Source: an uncultured Actinomycetes bacterium
Lineage (GTDB): Bacteria > Actinomycetota > UBA4738 > HRBIN12
Length of the DNA stretch: 64,000 nucleotides
Direction of reading: 5' to 3'
NCBI GenBank assembly: GCA_963734275.1
Contig: CAVTGO010000008.1
Coordinates: 32,718-96,717, forward strand
Below, piece after piece: positions 43,428 to 52,137 of the stretch (the first letter of the stretch is position 1; each line of letters begins with the position of its first letter). The notes beneath the pieces are model-generated. The model saw nothing but the letters and a program-made list of their open reading frames with translations. It searched no databases and was not told where the DNA came from. A program made the position numbers and the translations under genes.

Positions 43428-45947
43428 TCAGTCGTTGATCGCCGCGACGAGTGGGGCCGGACGCGTTTCGCCGGTGCTCTCGGAACCGTTGCCCTGCACC
43501 CGTCCGTACGTTGTGGTGCGTTGAGCCGGCGTGCGCTCGATCGAACGGATCGCATCGTCGAACGCGCGCGGCTCCATGCGGATCCCCCACTCGGCGCCGG
43601 CCATGCGGCTGATCGTTTCCTCCATCAAGGTGCCGCCGAAATCGTTCGCTCCGCCGTTCAGGATGGTGAGAGACGCGTCAACTCCCATCTTCACCCACGA
43701 CACCTGAACGTTGTGGATAACTCCGTCGAGCAGGATGCGCGCGACCGCGTGCATCCGCCGGTCCTCATCGCCGGTGGCCCCGGCGCGAGCCTTACCGGCG
43801 AGATAGATCGGCGCGTTCTGGTGCACGAAGGAGAGCGGAACGAACTCGGTGAACCCACCCGTATCACGTTGGATATCCGCGATGCGCCGGATGTGGAAAA
43901 CCCAGTGCGGAGGCGCATCGACGTGCCCGTACATGATCGTCGAAGAGCTCCGTAAGCCCAGGTCGTGGGCCGTACGGACGATCTCCTCCCACGTGTCCGC
44001 CGGGAGCTTGCCCTTCGTGAGGACCCACCGTACGTCGTCGTCGAGGATCTCGGCGGCGGTGCCGGGGATCGTTCCGAGGCCGTGCGCCTTGCACTCGGAG
44101 AGGAACTCGCGGAACGAGATCCCGAGTCGCGTGGCCCCGTTCAAGATCTCCATGGGGCTGAACGCGTGGATGTGGATATCGGGGGTGACGGCCTTCACGG
44201 CATCGAGCAGGTCGAAGTAGAACGTGCCCGGCAGGTCGGGATGGATGCCGCCCTGCATGCACACCTCGGTGGCTCCCCACGCCTCGGCCTCTCGCGCGCG
44301 CTCGGCGACCTCACCCAGCGTGAGCGTGTACGACTCGGGATCGATCTCTCGCTGCGCGAAGGCGCAGAACCGGCATCCCACGTAGCACACGTTGGTGAAG
44401 TTGATGTTGCGGTTGACCACGTAGGTGATCTCGTCGCCGACCGCCTCGCGGCGAAGGTCGTCGGCGACCTCGCAGAGCGCCTCGAGCTCCGGACCCTCGG
44501 CGCGGAAGAGCGCCAGGGCATCGGCGTCCGAAAGCGGGCGATGGCGAGCGGCCTTGTGGAGAGCCGAGCGGATCTCGGCGTCCAGGCGCTCCTGCTCGAC
44601 GCGTTCGGCATGCCAGGCGCGGGTCGCGGCGGGCAGGTCGGTCTCGCCGTAGACCACCTCGGCGTCGTCGCGGAGCCGGGGTCCCTTCGCGAACGTGAGC
44701 TCGGTCGACCGGGGCTTCCACGCGACCTCGGGATCCTGCCAGGGGACGGGCTCGGGCACGGCGCCGGGGCGCGCCCGTCCGTCCTCGGCGACCAGGGCGG
44801 CCACCGGCGCCCGCATCCGAGCGGCGAGGAACGGGTCCGGCCGAAGGGCGAACTCCGGGTACACGGTGAGGCGCTCGCGGAGCTCCAGGCCGCGCTCGGC
44901 GGTCCGGGCCGCGAGCTCCTCGATCGCCGGCCACGGCTTCTCGGGGTTCACGTGGTCCGGCGTGAGCGGCGAGACCCCGCCCCAGTCGTCGATCCCCGCC
45001 TCGAGCAGCCGGAGCTGCTGAGCGGGGTCCGACAGGTTCGGCGGGGCCTGGAGGTGCATCCTCGGGCCAAGCACGACGCGGGCCGTCGCAACGACGGCGA
45101 GGAACTCCTCGGGTCCGGGCGGCGGGGCCGCGTGCATCGCGGTCCCATGCTTCGGGACGAAGTTCTGGACGATCACCTCCTGCACGTGGCGGTACCGGCG
45201 GTGGAGGTCCCGGATCGCGAACAGCGACTCGGCGCGCTCGGCGAGCGTCTCCCCGATCCCGACGAGGATCCCGGTGGTGAACGGGATCGCGTGGCGCCCG
45301 GCGTCCTCGATCGTCCGCAGTCGAAGTGCCGGCGCCTTGTCCGGCGAGCCGAAGTGCGGCCCGCTACGCTCCGACAGCCGCGGCGACGACGTCTCGAGCA
45401 TCAGCCCCATCGACGCGGCGACGTGCTTGAGCCGTGCGAGCTGCTCATAGGACATCACGCCCGGGTTGAGGTGCGGCAGCAGCCCGGTCTCCTCGATCAC
45501 CTTGATCGCGACGGCGCGGACGTACTCGAGCGTCGAGCGATATCCGCGCTCGGCGAGCCACGCGCGGGCCTCCGGGTACCGCTCCTCGGGCTTGTCGCCG
45601 AGCGTGAACAGCGCCTCCTTGCACCCGAGCCTCCGACCGGCCTCGGCGAGCACAACGACCTGCTCCGGCGTGAGGTAGGGGCTGTCCAGGCGGGCGGGTG
45701 GTTTCGCGAACGTGCAGTAGTGGCAGTGATCGAGACAGAGCATCGTGAGGGGCACGAACACCTTCCGCGAGTACGTCACGATGCGGCCGTGGCCGATCTC
45801 GCGGAGACGCGACGCGACGGCGCACAGGTGGTCGAGCTCGTCGCCCTGGGCGGCCAGCAGGCCGGTGACCTCGCCGAGCGAGAGCGCCTTCCCGGACTCG
45901 GCTCGCGCGAGCGCCCGACGCAGGGACTGGGGGGTCGGGTCCGCCAT
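43428..45947 (-). CDS. fbiC: FO synthase (bifunctional CofG/CofH radical-SAM enzyme)
   Basis: 839 aa with two radical-SAM CxxxCxxC motifs (CHYCTF, CRFCAF) and full-length FbiC similarity. Confidence 0.95.
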   Translation of the reverse strand: MADPTPQSLRRALARAESGKALSLGEVTGLLAAQGDELDHLCAVASRLREIGHGRIVTYSRKVFVPLTMLCLDHCHYCTFAKPPARLDSPYLTPEQVVVLAEAGRRLGCKEALFTLGDKPEERYPEARAWLAERGYRSTLEYVRAVAIKVIEETGLLPHLNPGVMSYEQLARLKHVAASMGLMLETSSPRLSERSGPHFGSPDKAPALRLRTIEDAGRHAIPFTTGILVGIGETLAERAESLFAIRDLHRRYRHVQEVIVQNFVPKHGTAMHAAPPPGPEEFLAVVATARVVLGPRMHLQAPPNLSDPAQQLRLLEAGIDDWGGVSPLTPDHVNPEKPWPAIEELAARTAERGLELRERLTVYPEFALRPDPFLAARMRAPVAALVAEDGRARPGAVPEPVPWQDPEVAWKPRSTELTFAKGPRLRDDAEVVYGETDLPAATRAWHAERVEQERLDAEIRSALHKAARHRPLSDADALALFRAEGPELEALCEVADDLRREAVGDEITYVVNRNINFTNVCYVGCRFCAFAQREIDPESYTLTLGEVAERAREAEAWGATEVCMQGGIHPDLPGTFYFDLLDAVKAVTPDIHIHAFSPMEILNGATRLGISFREFLSECKAHGLGTIPGTAAEILDDDVRWVLTKGKLPADTWEEIVRTAHDLGLRSSSTIMYGHVDAPPHWVFHIRRIADIQRDTGGFTEFVPLSFVHQNAPIYLAGKARAGATGDEDRRMHAVARILLDGVIHNVQVSWVKMGVDASLTILNGGANDFGGTLMEETISRMAGAEWGIRMEPRAFDDAIRSIERTPAQRTTTYGRVQGNGSESTGETRPAPLVAAIND

Positions 45948-45976
45948 GGAGCGCGAGCGTACTACGCTGCGTGGCG

Positions 45977-46918
45977 ATGAGGGTGACGGCGCTCGCGGGC
46001 GGGATCGGCGGGGGGAAGTTGCTGCGCGGGCTCGTCCGGACGGTGGCGCCCTCGGAGGTGACCGTCGTGGTCAACACCGGCGACGACATCGCGATGCACG
46101 GGCTCCACGTGTCGCCGGACCTGGACTCGGTGACGTACTGGCTCGGCGACGCGTTCGACCGCGAGCGCGGATGGGGACGGCGCGACGAGACGTTCCGCGC
46201 GACGGAGGAGCTCCGCCTCTTCGATCCGGAGATGGCGTGGTTCAACCTCGGTGACTTGGACCTCGCGACGCACCTGTTCCGCTCGAACCTGTTGCGCGAG
46301 AACCGTTCGCTCTCCGAGACGACGGCGCGCGTCGCCGCGCGGTTCGGCATCGAGGCGACGCTGCTGCCGATGAGCGACGATCCGGTCACCACCCGCCTGT
46401 CGGTGGTCGCCGACGGCGAGGAGCTCGATCTGCACTTCCAGGAGTACTGGGTGCGCCGGGGCGCCCGCGACGAGGTCAAGGCCGTCCGCTACGAGGGCGC
46501 GGCCGCGGCTCGCCCGGCGCCCGGCGTACTGGATGCCATCGCCAACGCCGACGCGGTCCTGCTCTGTCCCTCGAACCCCGTCGCCTCGATCGGGCCGATC
46601 CTCGCGGTCCCGGGGATCCGCGAGGAGCTCGCGGCGCGGCGCGCCGACACCGTGGGGATCAGCGGCATCGTCGGCGGAGCGCCACTCGCCGGGATGGCCG
46701 ACAAGCTCATGCCCGTGGCCGGTGCCGAGGTGACCGCCGCCGGCGCGGCCGCGTACTACGCGGGTCTCCTGGCGGCCTGGGTCGTCGACGAGGCCGACCG
46801 CGAGCTCGTGCCGCGCATCGAGGCGAGCGGGGTCCGCGTCGGCGTGACCGACTCGATCATGACCGACGACGCGAAGGCCGAGGCCCTCGCGCGGTTCGCG
46901 CTCGGCCTGCTCCCGTGA
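45977..46918 (+). CDS. fbiA: 2-phospho-L-lactate (EPPG) transferase
   Basis: MRVTALAGGIGGGKLLRGL...VVNTGDD..MHGL.VSPDLD matches the CofD family. GTG 45971 is an alternative start. Confidence 0.9.
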   Translation: MRVTALAGGIGGGKLLRGLVRTVAPSEVTVVVNTGDDIAMHGLHVSPDLDSVTYWLGDAFDRERGWGRRDETFRATEELRLFDPEMAWFNLGDLDLATHLFRSNLLRENRSLSETTARVAARFGIEATLLPMSDDPVTTRLSVVADGEELDLHFQEYWVRRGARDEVKAVRYEGAAAARPAPGVLDAIANADAVLLCPSNPVASIGPILAVPGIREELAARRADTVGISGIVGGAPLAGMADKLMPVAGAEVTAAGAAAYYAGLLAAWVVDEADRELVPRIEASGVRVGVTDSIMTDDAKAEALARFALGLLP

Positions 46919-48204
46919 ACGTCGAGGTCCTCCCGGTGCAGGGCCTGCCCGAGGTCCGTCCGGGGGACGACCTCGCCGCGCTGATGGCGCCGGCGCTCGA
47001 GCGGCTCGGCGCACGCGACGGTGACGTGATCGCCGTCACCCAGAAGGTGGTGTCGAAGGCCGAGGGGCGGGTCGTGGCCGAGGAGGGAGAGAGCCGGACC
47101 GCATGGGTCGAGCGCGAGACGCGCCGCGTCGTCGCCCGCCGGGGCGACCTCGTGATCGCCGAGACGAGCCACGGCTTCGTGTGCGCGAACGCGGGGGTGG
47201 ACGCCTCCAACGTCCAGGAGGGGTTCCTCACGCTGCTGCCCGAGGACCCTGACGCCTCGGCCGAGGCGATCCGCGAGCGTCTGCGCGAGCGCCTCGGCGC
47301 CGAGGTCGGGGTCGTCGTGACCGACACGTTCGGACGTCCGTGGCGGCGGGGCCTCGTGAACGTCGCCATCGGGTGCGCAGGCCTGCCGGCGCTCGTGGAC
47401 CTGCGAGGGACCGTCGACCACCACGGGCGCGAGCTCGAGGCCACGGTGATCGCACTCGCCGACGAGGTCGCGGCCGCGAGCGGCTTGGTGATGACCAAGG
47501 CGTCGCGCGTCCCGGCGGCCGTGGTCCGCGGCGTCGCGGCCGAGGGGCCGCCGTCACCTGCCTCGGTCCTCGTCCGCCCTCCCGAGGAGGACCTGTTCCG
47601 CGAGTCGGCGCTGCTGTCGATCTCGGCGCGGCGGACAATCCGCTCCTTCGGCCCCGGCGAGGTCCCGCGAGAGGTCGTCGAGGGGGCGGTGCGCGCGGCG
47701 TGCACGGCGCCGGCCCCGCATCACACCCGGCCGTGGACCTTCACGGCGCTGTGGTCGGCGCCGGCGAAGCGGCGGCTCCTCGGCGCGATCGCTGGGGCCT
47801 GGCGCGCGGACCTGCTCGGCGACGGGACCTCGCCGGAAACGATCGAACGCCGCCTGGCGCGCAGCGACGCGGTCCTCGGCGCGGCGCCGGTCCTGATCGT
47901 CCCGTGGGTGCGCTTCGAGGGCTCCCACCCCTACGCCGACGCCGAACGCGCCGACGCCGAGCGCGAGATGTTCCTGCTCTCAGGGGGGGCCGCGATCCAG
48001 AACCTGCTCCTCGCGCTCCACGCGCAGGGATACGCGGCCTGCTGGATCAGCTCGACGCTGTTCTGCCAGGAGGAGTCGCGCGCGGCGCTCGGGATGGGCG
48101 ACGAGTGGCATGCTCTCGGGACCGTCGCCGCCGGCCCGATGCCGACGGGGGCCGCGTCCCCGCGACCCCCGCTCGACCTCGCAAGCCATCTCCGGGCCGA
48201 ATGA
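46915..48204 (+). CDS. fbiB: Bifunctional F420 gamma-glutamyl ligase (CofE) / nitroreductase-domain protein
   Basis: 429 aa. The GTG overlaps the fbiA stop (GTGA). The N-terminal half is CofE-like (VTQKVVSKAEGR, CANAGVDASN, TDTFGRPWR) and the C-terminal half is nitroreductase-like. Confidence 0.9.
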   Translation: MNVEVLPVQGLPEVRPGDDLAALMAPALERLGARDGDVIAVTQKVVSKAEGRVVAEEGESRTAWVERETRRVVARRGDLVIAETSHGFVCANAGVDASNVQEGFLTLLPEDPDASAEAIRERLRERLGAEVGVVVTDTFGRPWRRGLVNVAIGCAGLPALVDLRGTVDHHGRELEATVIALADEVAAASGLVMTKASRVPAAVVRGVAAEGPPSPASVLVRPPEEDLFRESALLSISARRTIRSFGPGEVPREVVEGAVRAACTAPAPHHTRPWTFTALWSAPAKRRLLGAIAGAWRADLLGDGTSPETIERRLARSDAVLGAAPVLIVPWVRFEGSHPYADAERADAEREMFLLSGGAAIQNLLLALHAQGYAACWISSTLFCQEESRAALGMGDEWHALGTVAAGPMPTGAASPRPPLDLASHLRAE

Positions 48205-48222
48205 TGGCCCGCGGTTCGTTCC

Positions 48223-49638
48223 TCAGATCACCCCGTGGACGAAGTACCAGGCGAAGATGCCGGCGACCACGTACAGGAGCGGGTGGACGTCCTTCCACTT
48301 CCCGCGCAGCACCGCGATCACGACGTACGACAGGAATCCCGCGCCGACGCCGTTCGTGATGCTGTACGTGAACGGCATGAGCAGGATCGTGAGCAGCGCC
48401 GGGATGCCGACCCCCGGATCGCTCCAGGCGATGTCCTTGACGATCCGCATCATGAAGTACCCGACGAGCACCAGCGCGGGCGCCGTCGCCTCGGGCGGGA
48501 TCATGCCGGCGATCGGCGAGAAGAACATGGCCAGCAGGAACAGCACCCCGACCGTGACGGCCGTCAGGCCGGTCCGGCCGCCCTCGGCGATGCCCGACGC
48601 GCTCTCGATGTAGGTCGTGTTCGACGAGGACGACGTCGCGCCGCCCGCGGCCGCCGCCACCGAGTCCACGAGCAGAACCCGCTTGATGCCCGGGAGCCGG
48701 CCTTTGTCGTCGAGCAACCCGGCCTCGCCGCCCAGCCCGACCACGGTGCCCATCGTGTCGAAGAAGTCCGACAACATCACCGAGATGACCGCCGCGATCG
48801 CCGTCGCGGTGCCGAGGGCCGAGAAGAAGTCGAACGAGAAGTCCCCGACCAACCCGAAGTCCGGCGACGCCACGACGTCGTCCGGAAGCGCGGCGATCCC
48901 GTTGGGCCAGATCGCCAGGTCCTTGAGCTCGTTGATGATGACGGCCAGGACCGTCGACACGACGATCCCGATCAGCAGCGCGCCCTTGACACGCCGCGAG
49001 ACGAGCGCGGCGCTGAGCGACAGGCCCACGACGAACACGGCGACCGGCCATGTGGTCAGCTCGGGCGCCAGGCTGAGCGGGGTCGGGCCCGTGTTCGTGA
49101 CCACGCCGGCGTTCACGAGGCCGATCAGCGTGATGAACGCCCCGATCCCGATCCCGATCGCGCGCTTCAGGTCCATCGGGATCGCGTTCATGATCATCTC
49201 GCGGACACCGGTGAGCACGAGCACCGTGATCAGCAGGCCCTCGACCACGATCACGCCCATCGCCTGCGGGTAGGTGAGCCCGTTCGTGGCGACCAAGGTG
49301 AACGCCACGAACGCGTTCAGGCCGAGCCCGGCCGCGAGCGCGAACGGGTAGTTCGCGACCACGCCCATGAGGATCGTCATCACGCCCGCCGTCAGGGCGG
49401 TGACGGTCAGCACCTGGGGGAACGCCAGTCCGAGCGGCTCGAGGTCCGGGATCCCGATGAACCCGAGGATCTGCGGGTTCACGAACAGGATGTAGGCCAT
49501 GGTCAGCCACGTGGTGATGCCCGCCATGATCTCCGTGCGGAAGGACGAGCCGCGCTCGCTGATGTGGAAGAACCGGTCGAGACCGGTGGGCGGCCCCTGA
49601 TCCACGCGGACGACCCTCCCTACGTCGGTGTCGGTCAT
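48223..49638 (-). CDS. NCS2-family nucleobase permease (adenine/guanine/hypoxanthine, AzgA-type)
   Basis: The ATG at 49638 follows AAGGGAGAG. The protein contains FFHISERGSSFRTEIMAGITTWLTMAYILFVNP and SSSNTTYIESASGI. Confidence 0.9.
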   Translation of the reverse strand: MTDTDVGRVVRVDQGPPTGLDRFFHISERGSSFRTEIMAGITTWLTMAYILFVNPQILGFIGIPDLEPLGLAFPQVLTVTALTAGVMTILMGVVANYPFALAAGLGLNAFVAFTLVATNGLTYPQAMGVIVVEGLLITVLVLTGVREMIMNAIPMDLKRAIGIGIGAFITLIGLVNAGVVTNTGPTPLSLAPELTTWPVAVFVVGLSLSAALVSRRVKGALLIGIVVSTVLAVIINELKDLAIWPNGIAALPDDVVASPDFGLVGDFSFDFFSALGTATAIAAVISVMLSDFFDTMGTVVGLGGEAGLLDDKGRLPGIKRVLLVDSVAAAAGGATSSSSNTTYIESASGIAEGGRTGLTAVTVGVLFLLAMFFSPIAGMIPPEATAPALVLVGYFMMRIVKDIAWSDPGVGIPALLTILLMPFTYSITNGVGAGFLSYVVIAVLRGKWKDVHPLLYVVAGIFAWYFVHGVI

Positions 49639-49817
49639 ACGCTCTCCCTTCCGGGACCGCGAGCAGGTCCCGTGCGCGGAACGGGGAAGGCGCCGCGAAG
49701 CATAGGGATAGGGTGCGCTCGCCCGCAAGCCCGATATCCTGGGGGTTCGCCCGGCCCCCGGCCGGGCGTCGATCGGATGCCCGCGGAAACCTCCGACGAG
49801 GAACGAGGACGAACGGC

Positions 49818-50564
49818 ATGGCGAACCGGCAGAGCGGCGCCCGCGCGACCCGCGACGAGCGCCGCGACCAGGCCCGGCGCGAGCGCGCCGAACTCCAGCG
49901 CAAGGTCGCGAAGGCCCGGCGGAACCGCCGGATGGTCATCGTGGTCTCGGTGGCCCTGGCCGCCGGCGTCGGCGCCTACGCCCTCACGCGCCCGCAGACG
50001 GCCGCGGCCGACCCGCAGGCGCTGCTGGCCTCGGCGGCGGAGGAGACTCGCGCCGCCGGGTGCGGCGAGGTGGAGAACGTCGGCCCGTACCAGCCCGAGT
50101 CCAGCGACCGGGCCCATGTGAACACCGACCAGGCACCACCGCTGTCCACCTATCCGTCGGTGCCGCCGGCCTCGGGCCCGCACAATCACATCACGTTCGG
50201 CCGGGGCGTCTACACGACGCCGCCACCGATCGACCGCGTCGGGCACTCGCTCGAGCACGGGGCGGTGGTCGTCTGGTACGCGCCCGACGCCGCCGGACCC
50301 GAGCTCGACCGCGTCATGGAGTTCTACGATCGCGACGAGGTGGGATCCCGCGTCATCGTGGCGCCGTACGACTACCCGGACCAGGGCGCCTCGGGACTGC
50401 TCCCGGCCGGCGTCGACATGGCCCTGGTGGCGTGGCACACGGTGCAGACCTGCCAGCAGGTGAACCTCGCGGCGGCGTTCGACTTCTCCAGCCAGTACGC
50501 CGCGCCCACGTTCGGCGAGCGCCAGTACCTCGGCGATGCCCCCGAGGCCGGCGCGGCCTTCTGA
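49818..50564 (+). CDS. DUF3105 domain protein, N-terminal basic tail + TM anchor
   Basis: Starts at ATG 49818. The core SGPH...LEHGAVVVWY...ALVAW is as recalled for DUF3105. Confidence 0.65.
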   Translation: MANRQSGARATRDERRDQARRERAELQRKVAKARRNRRMVIVVSVALAAGVGAYALTRPQTAAADPQALLASAAEETRAAGCGEVENVGPYQPESSDRAHVNTDQAPPLSTYPSVPPASGPHNHITFGRGVYTTPPPIDRVGHSLEHGAVVVWYAPDAAGPELDRVMEFYDRDEVGSRVIVAPYDYPDQGASGLLPAGVDMALVAWHTVQTCQQVNLAAAFDFSSQYAAPTFGERQYLGDAPEAGAAF

Positions 50565-50580
50565 TCACGGAGGACCCACG

Positions 50581-51405
50581 ATGCCCAAGAAGCGACGCAA
50601 GCCCCGCAACCGGCCGCGAACCCCGCCCCAGGGCGGCACCAGGACCGCGGAACGGCCGAAGCCGGACGGCGGGGCGAGGGCGAAGGCGCCGGACACCGAC
50701 GCGCCCGAGCGGAGGCCGCCGGCTCGCGAGGGCCGGCCGCCGCAGCGCCCGCGCTCGGAGAAGAAGGATCTCGCGCGCCACCAGCGCGAGCTCGTTCGCA
50801 AGCAGATCGCGCGCCAGCGTCGCACCCGTCAGGCGATCAGGGTCGCGGCCATCGCCGCGGTCGTGGCGGTCGGCGTCTACTTCTTCACCCGCCCCGACGC
50901 GACCCGCCCGGCCGGGCCGCTCCCCGGTGAGCTCGCCACCCAGGTCCCGTGGCCCGCGAACTCCGACCAGGCGATCGAGCGCGCGGACCTGATCGGCCTG
51001 CCGGCCGAGGGGACCACCCAGCACACGCATACGAACCTCCAGGTCTTCGTGAACGGCGTGATCCAGCCGATCCCGGCCAGCATCGGGTTCTCTGGCGACG
51101 TCGCGTCGCTGCACACGCACGAACAGGACCCGTCGCTCATGCACGTGGAGTCCCAGACCGTGCGCGACTTCACGCTCGGCGAGTTCTTCGACGTCTGGGG
51201 CGTGCGCCTGACCCCGAGCTGCGTGGGCGCCTACTGCAACGACGACGAGGCCCGGCTGCGGGTGTTCGTGAACGGCGTGGAGATCACGGGGAGCCCACGC
51301 GACGTGCTGCTCGAGGACCTCGACGTCATCGTCGTCACGTACGGGAGCGAGGACCAGCTCCCCGACCCCATCCCGGCGACCCACGACTTCAGCGGGATCC
51401 CGTAA
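50581..51405 (+). CDS. Hypothetical membrane-anchored protein with Lys/Arg/Pro-rich N-terminal tail
   Basis: Starts at ATG 50581 (MPKKRRKPRNRPR...). One TM, then a domain with HTHTNLQVFVNG...LHTHE...FTLGEFFDVWG. Confidence 0.55.
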   Translation: MPKKRRKPRNRPRTPPQGGTRTAERPKPDGGARAKAPDTDAPERRPPAREGRPPQRPRSEKKDLARHQRELVRKQIARQRRTRQAIRVAAIAAVVAVGVYFFTRPDATRPAGPLPGELATQVPWPANSDQAIERADLIGLPAEGTTQHTHTNLQVFVNGVIQPIPASIGFSGDVASLHTHEQDPSLMHVESQTVRDFTLGEFFDVWGVRLTPSCVGAYCNDDEARLRVFVNGVEITGSPRDVLLEDLDVIVVTYGSEDQLPDPIPATHDFSGIP

Positions 51406-51417
51406 GAGGTTCACGAG

Positions 51418-52134
51418 GTGGCCAAGCGCCGGAAGCGCAAGCCGCCGGCACGGCGACCTCCCGCCGGACCGAAGCCGGCCGCGCGAGGACGGGCGCGCGA
51501 CGCCGAGCCCGAACCCAGGGGGCGGCGCTCGCTCGCGGTCCGGGGCGCGATCCTCGTCGTCGTGGCCGTGCTCGGATACGTGCTGCTCGTACGGGCGCGA
51601 GGCCCGGGCGAGATCCCGGCCGAGGCCATCGCCGCGGCGCAGGCGGCCGGGTGCGACGACCTCGAGCGACCCGTGGAGCCCGAGCCGAGCCGGACGCACC
51701 TCGGGACCGGCGAGGCCTTCACGTACGAGGATCCTCCCGCCGCGGCCGGGCCGCACGCCTCGTCGCCGCTGCCCCCCGACCCGCACGTCCACGCCGAACC
51801 CGTCCCCGAGATCAGTGCGGTCCACAACCTGGAGCACGCGTACGTGCTGATCTATCACCGACCCTCGGCCGAGGGCGGCCCCTCCGCCGAGACGCTCGCC
51901 GCGCTCGAGGACCTCGCGAACGGACTCGACCGGGTGATCATGGCGCCATACCCGGACCTTCCCGAGGGGCGCGGACTCGCGCTCCTCGCGTGGAACATCC
52001 GGTGGATGTGTCCGTCCTCGGTGACGCCCGATCAGGCGGTGGCGATCGCGAGCGGGTTCATCGACGCCTTCGCGGGGACCACGGTCGCACCCGAGGCGCC
52101 GCGCGGGCTCCTCGGCCCGCTCCTCCAGCGCTGA
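51418..52134 (+). CDS. DUF3105 domain protein (paralog), N-terminal basic tail + TM anchor
   Basis: 238 aa beginning MAKRRKRKPPARRPP. One TM, then GPH...LEHAYVLIYH...ALLAW. Confidence 0.65.
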   Translation: MAKRRKRKPPARRPPAGPKPAARGRARDAEPEPRGRRSLAVRGAILVVVAVLGYVLLVRARGPGEIPAEAIAAAQAAGCDDLERPVEPEPSRTHLGTGEAFTYEDPPAAAGPHASSPLPPDPHVHAEPVPEISAVHNLEHAYVLIYHRPSAEGGPSAETLAALEDLANGLDRVIMAPYPDLPEGRGLALLAWNIRWMCPSSVTPDQAVAIASGFIDAFAGTTVAPEAPRGLLGPLLQR

Positions 52135-52137
52135 GGA

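Noticed and set aside
43508-43521. A shared 14-mer GTTGTGGTGCGTTG at 43508 and 53672.
   Set aside because: By rough calculation, several chance 14-mer matches are expected in 64 kb of biased composition, and there is no extended similarity around them.
49639-49760. A purine riboswitch upstream of the NCS2 nucleobase permease. A GGGACC-N7-GGTCCC hairpin sits just 5' of the RBS.
   Set aside because: I could not find the conserved purine-aptamer core (the U/A-rich junction and loop-loop motifs) by eye. A single GC hairpin in a GC-rich leader is not enough. An Infernal scan with RF00167 would decide.
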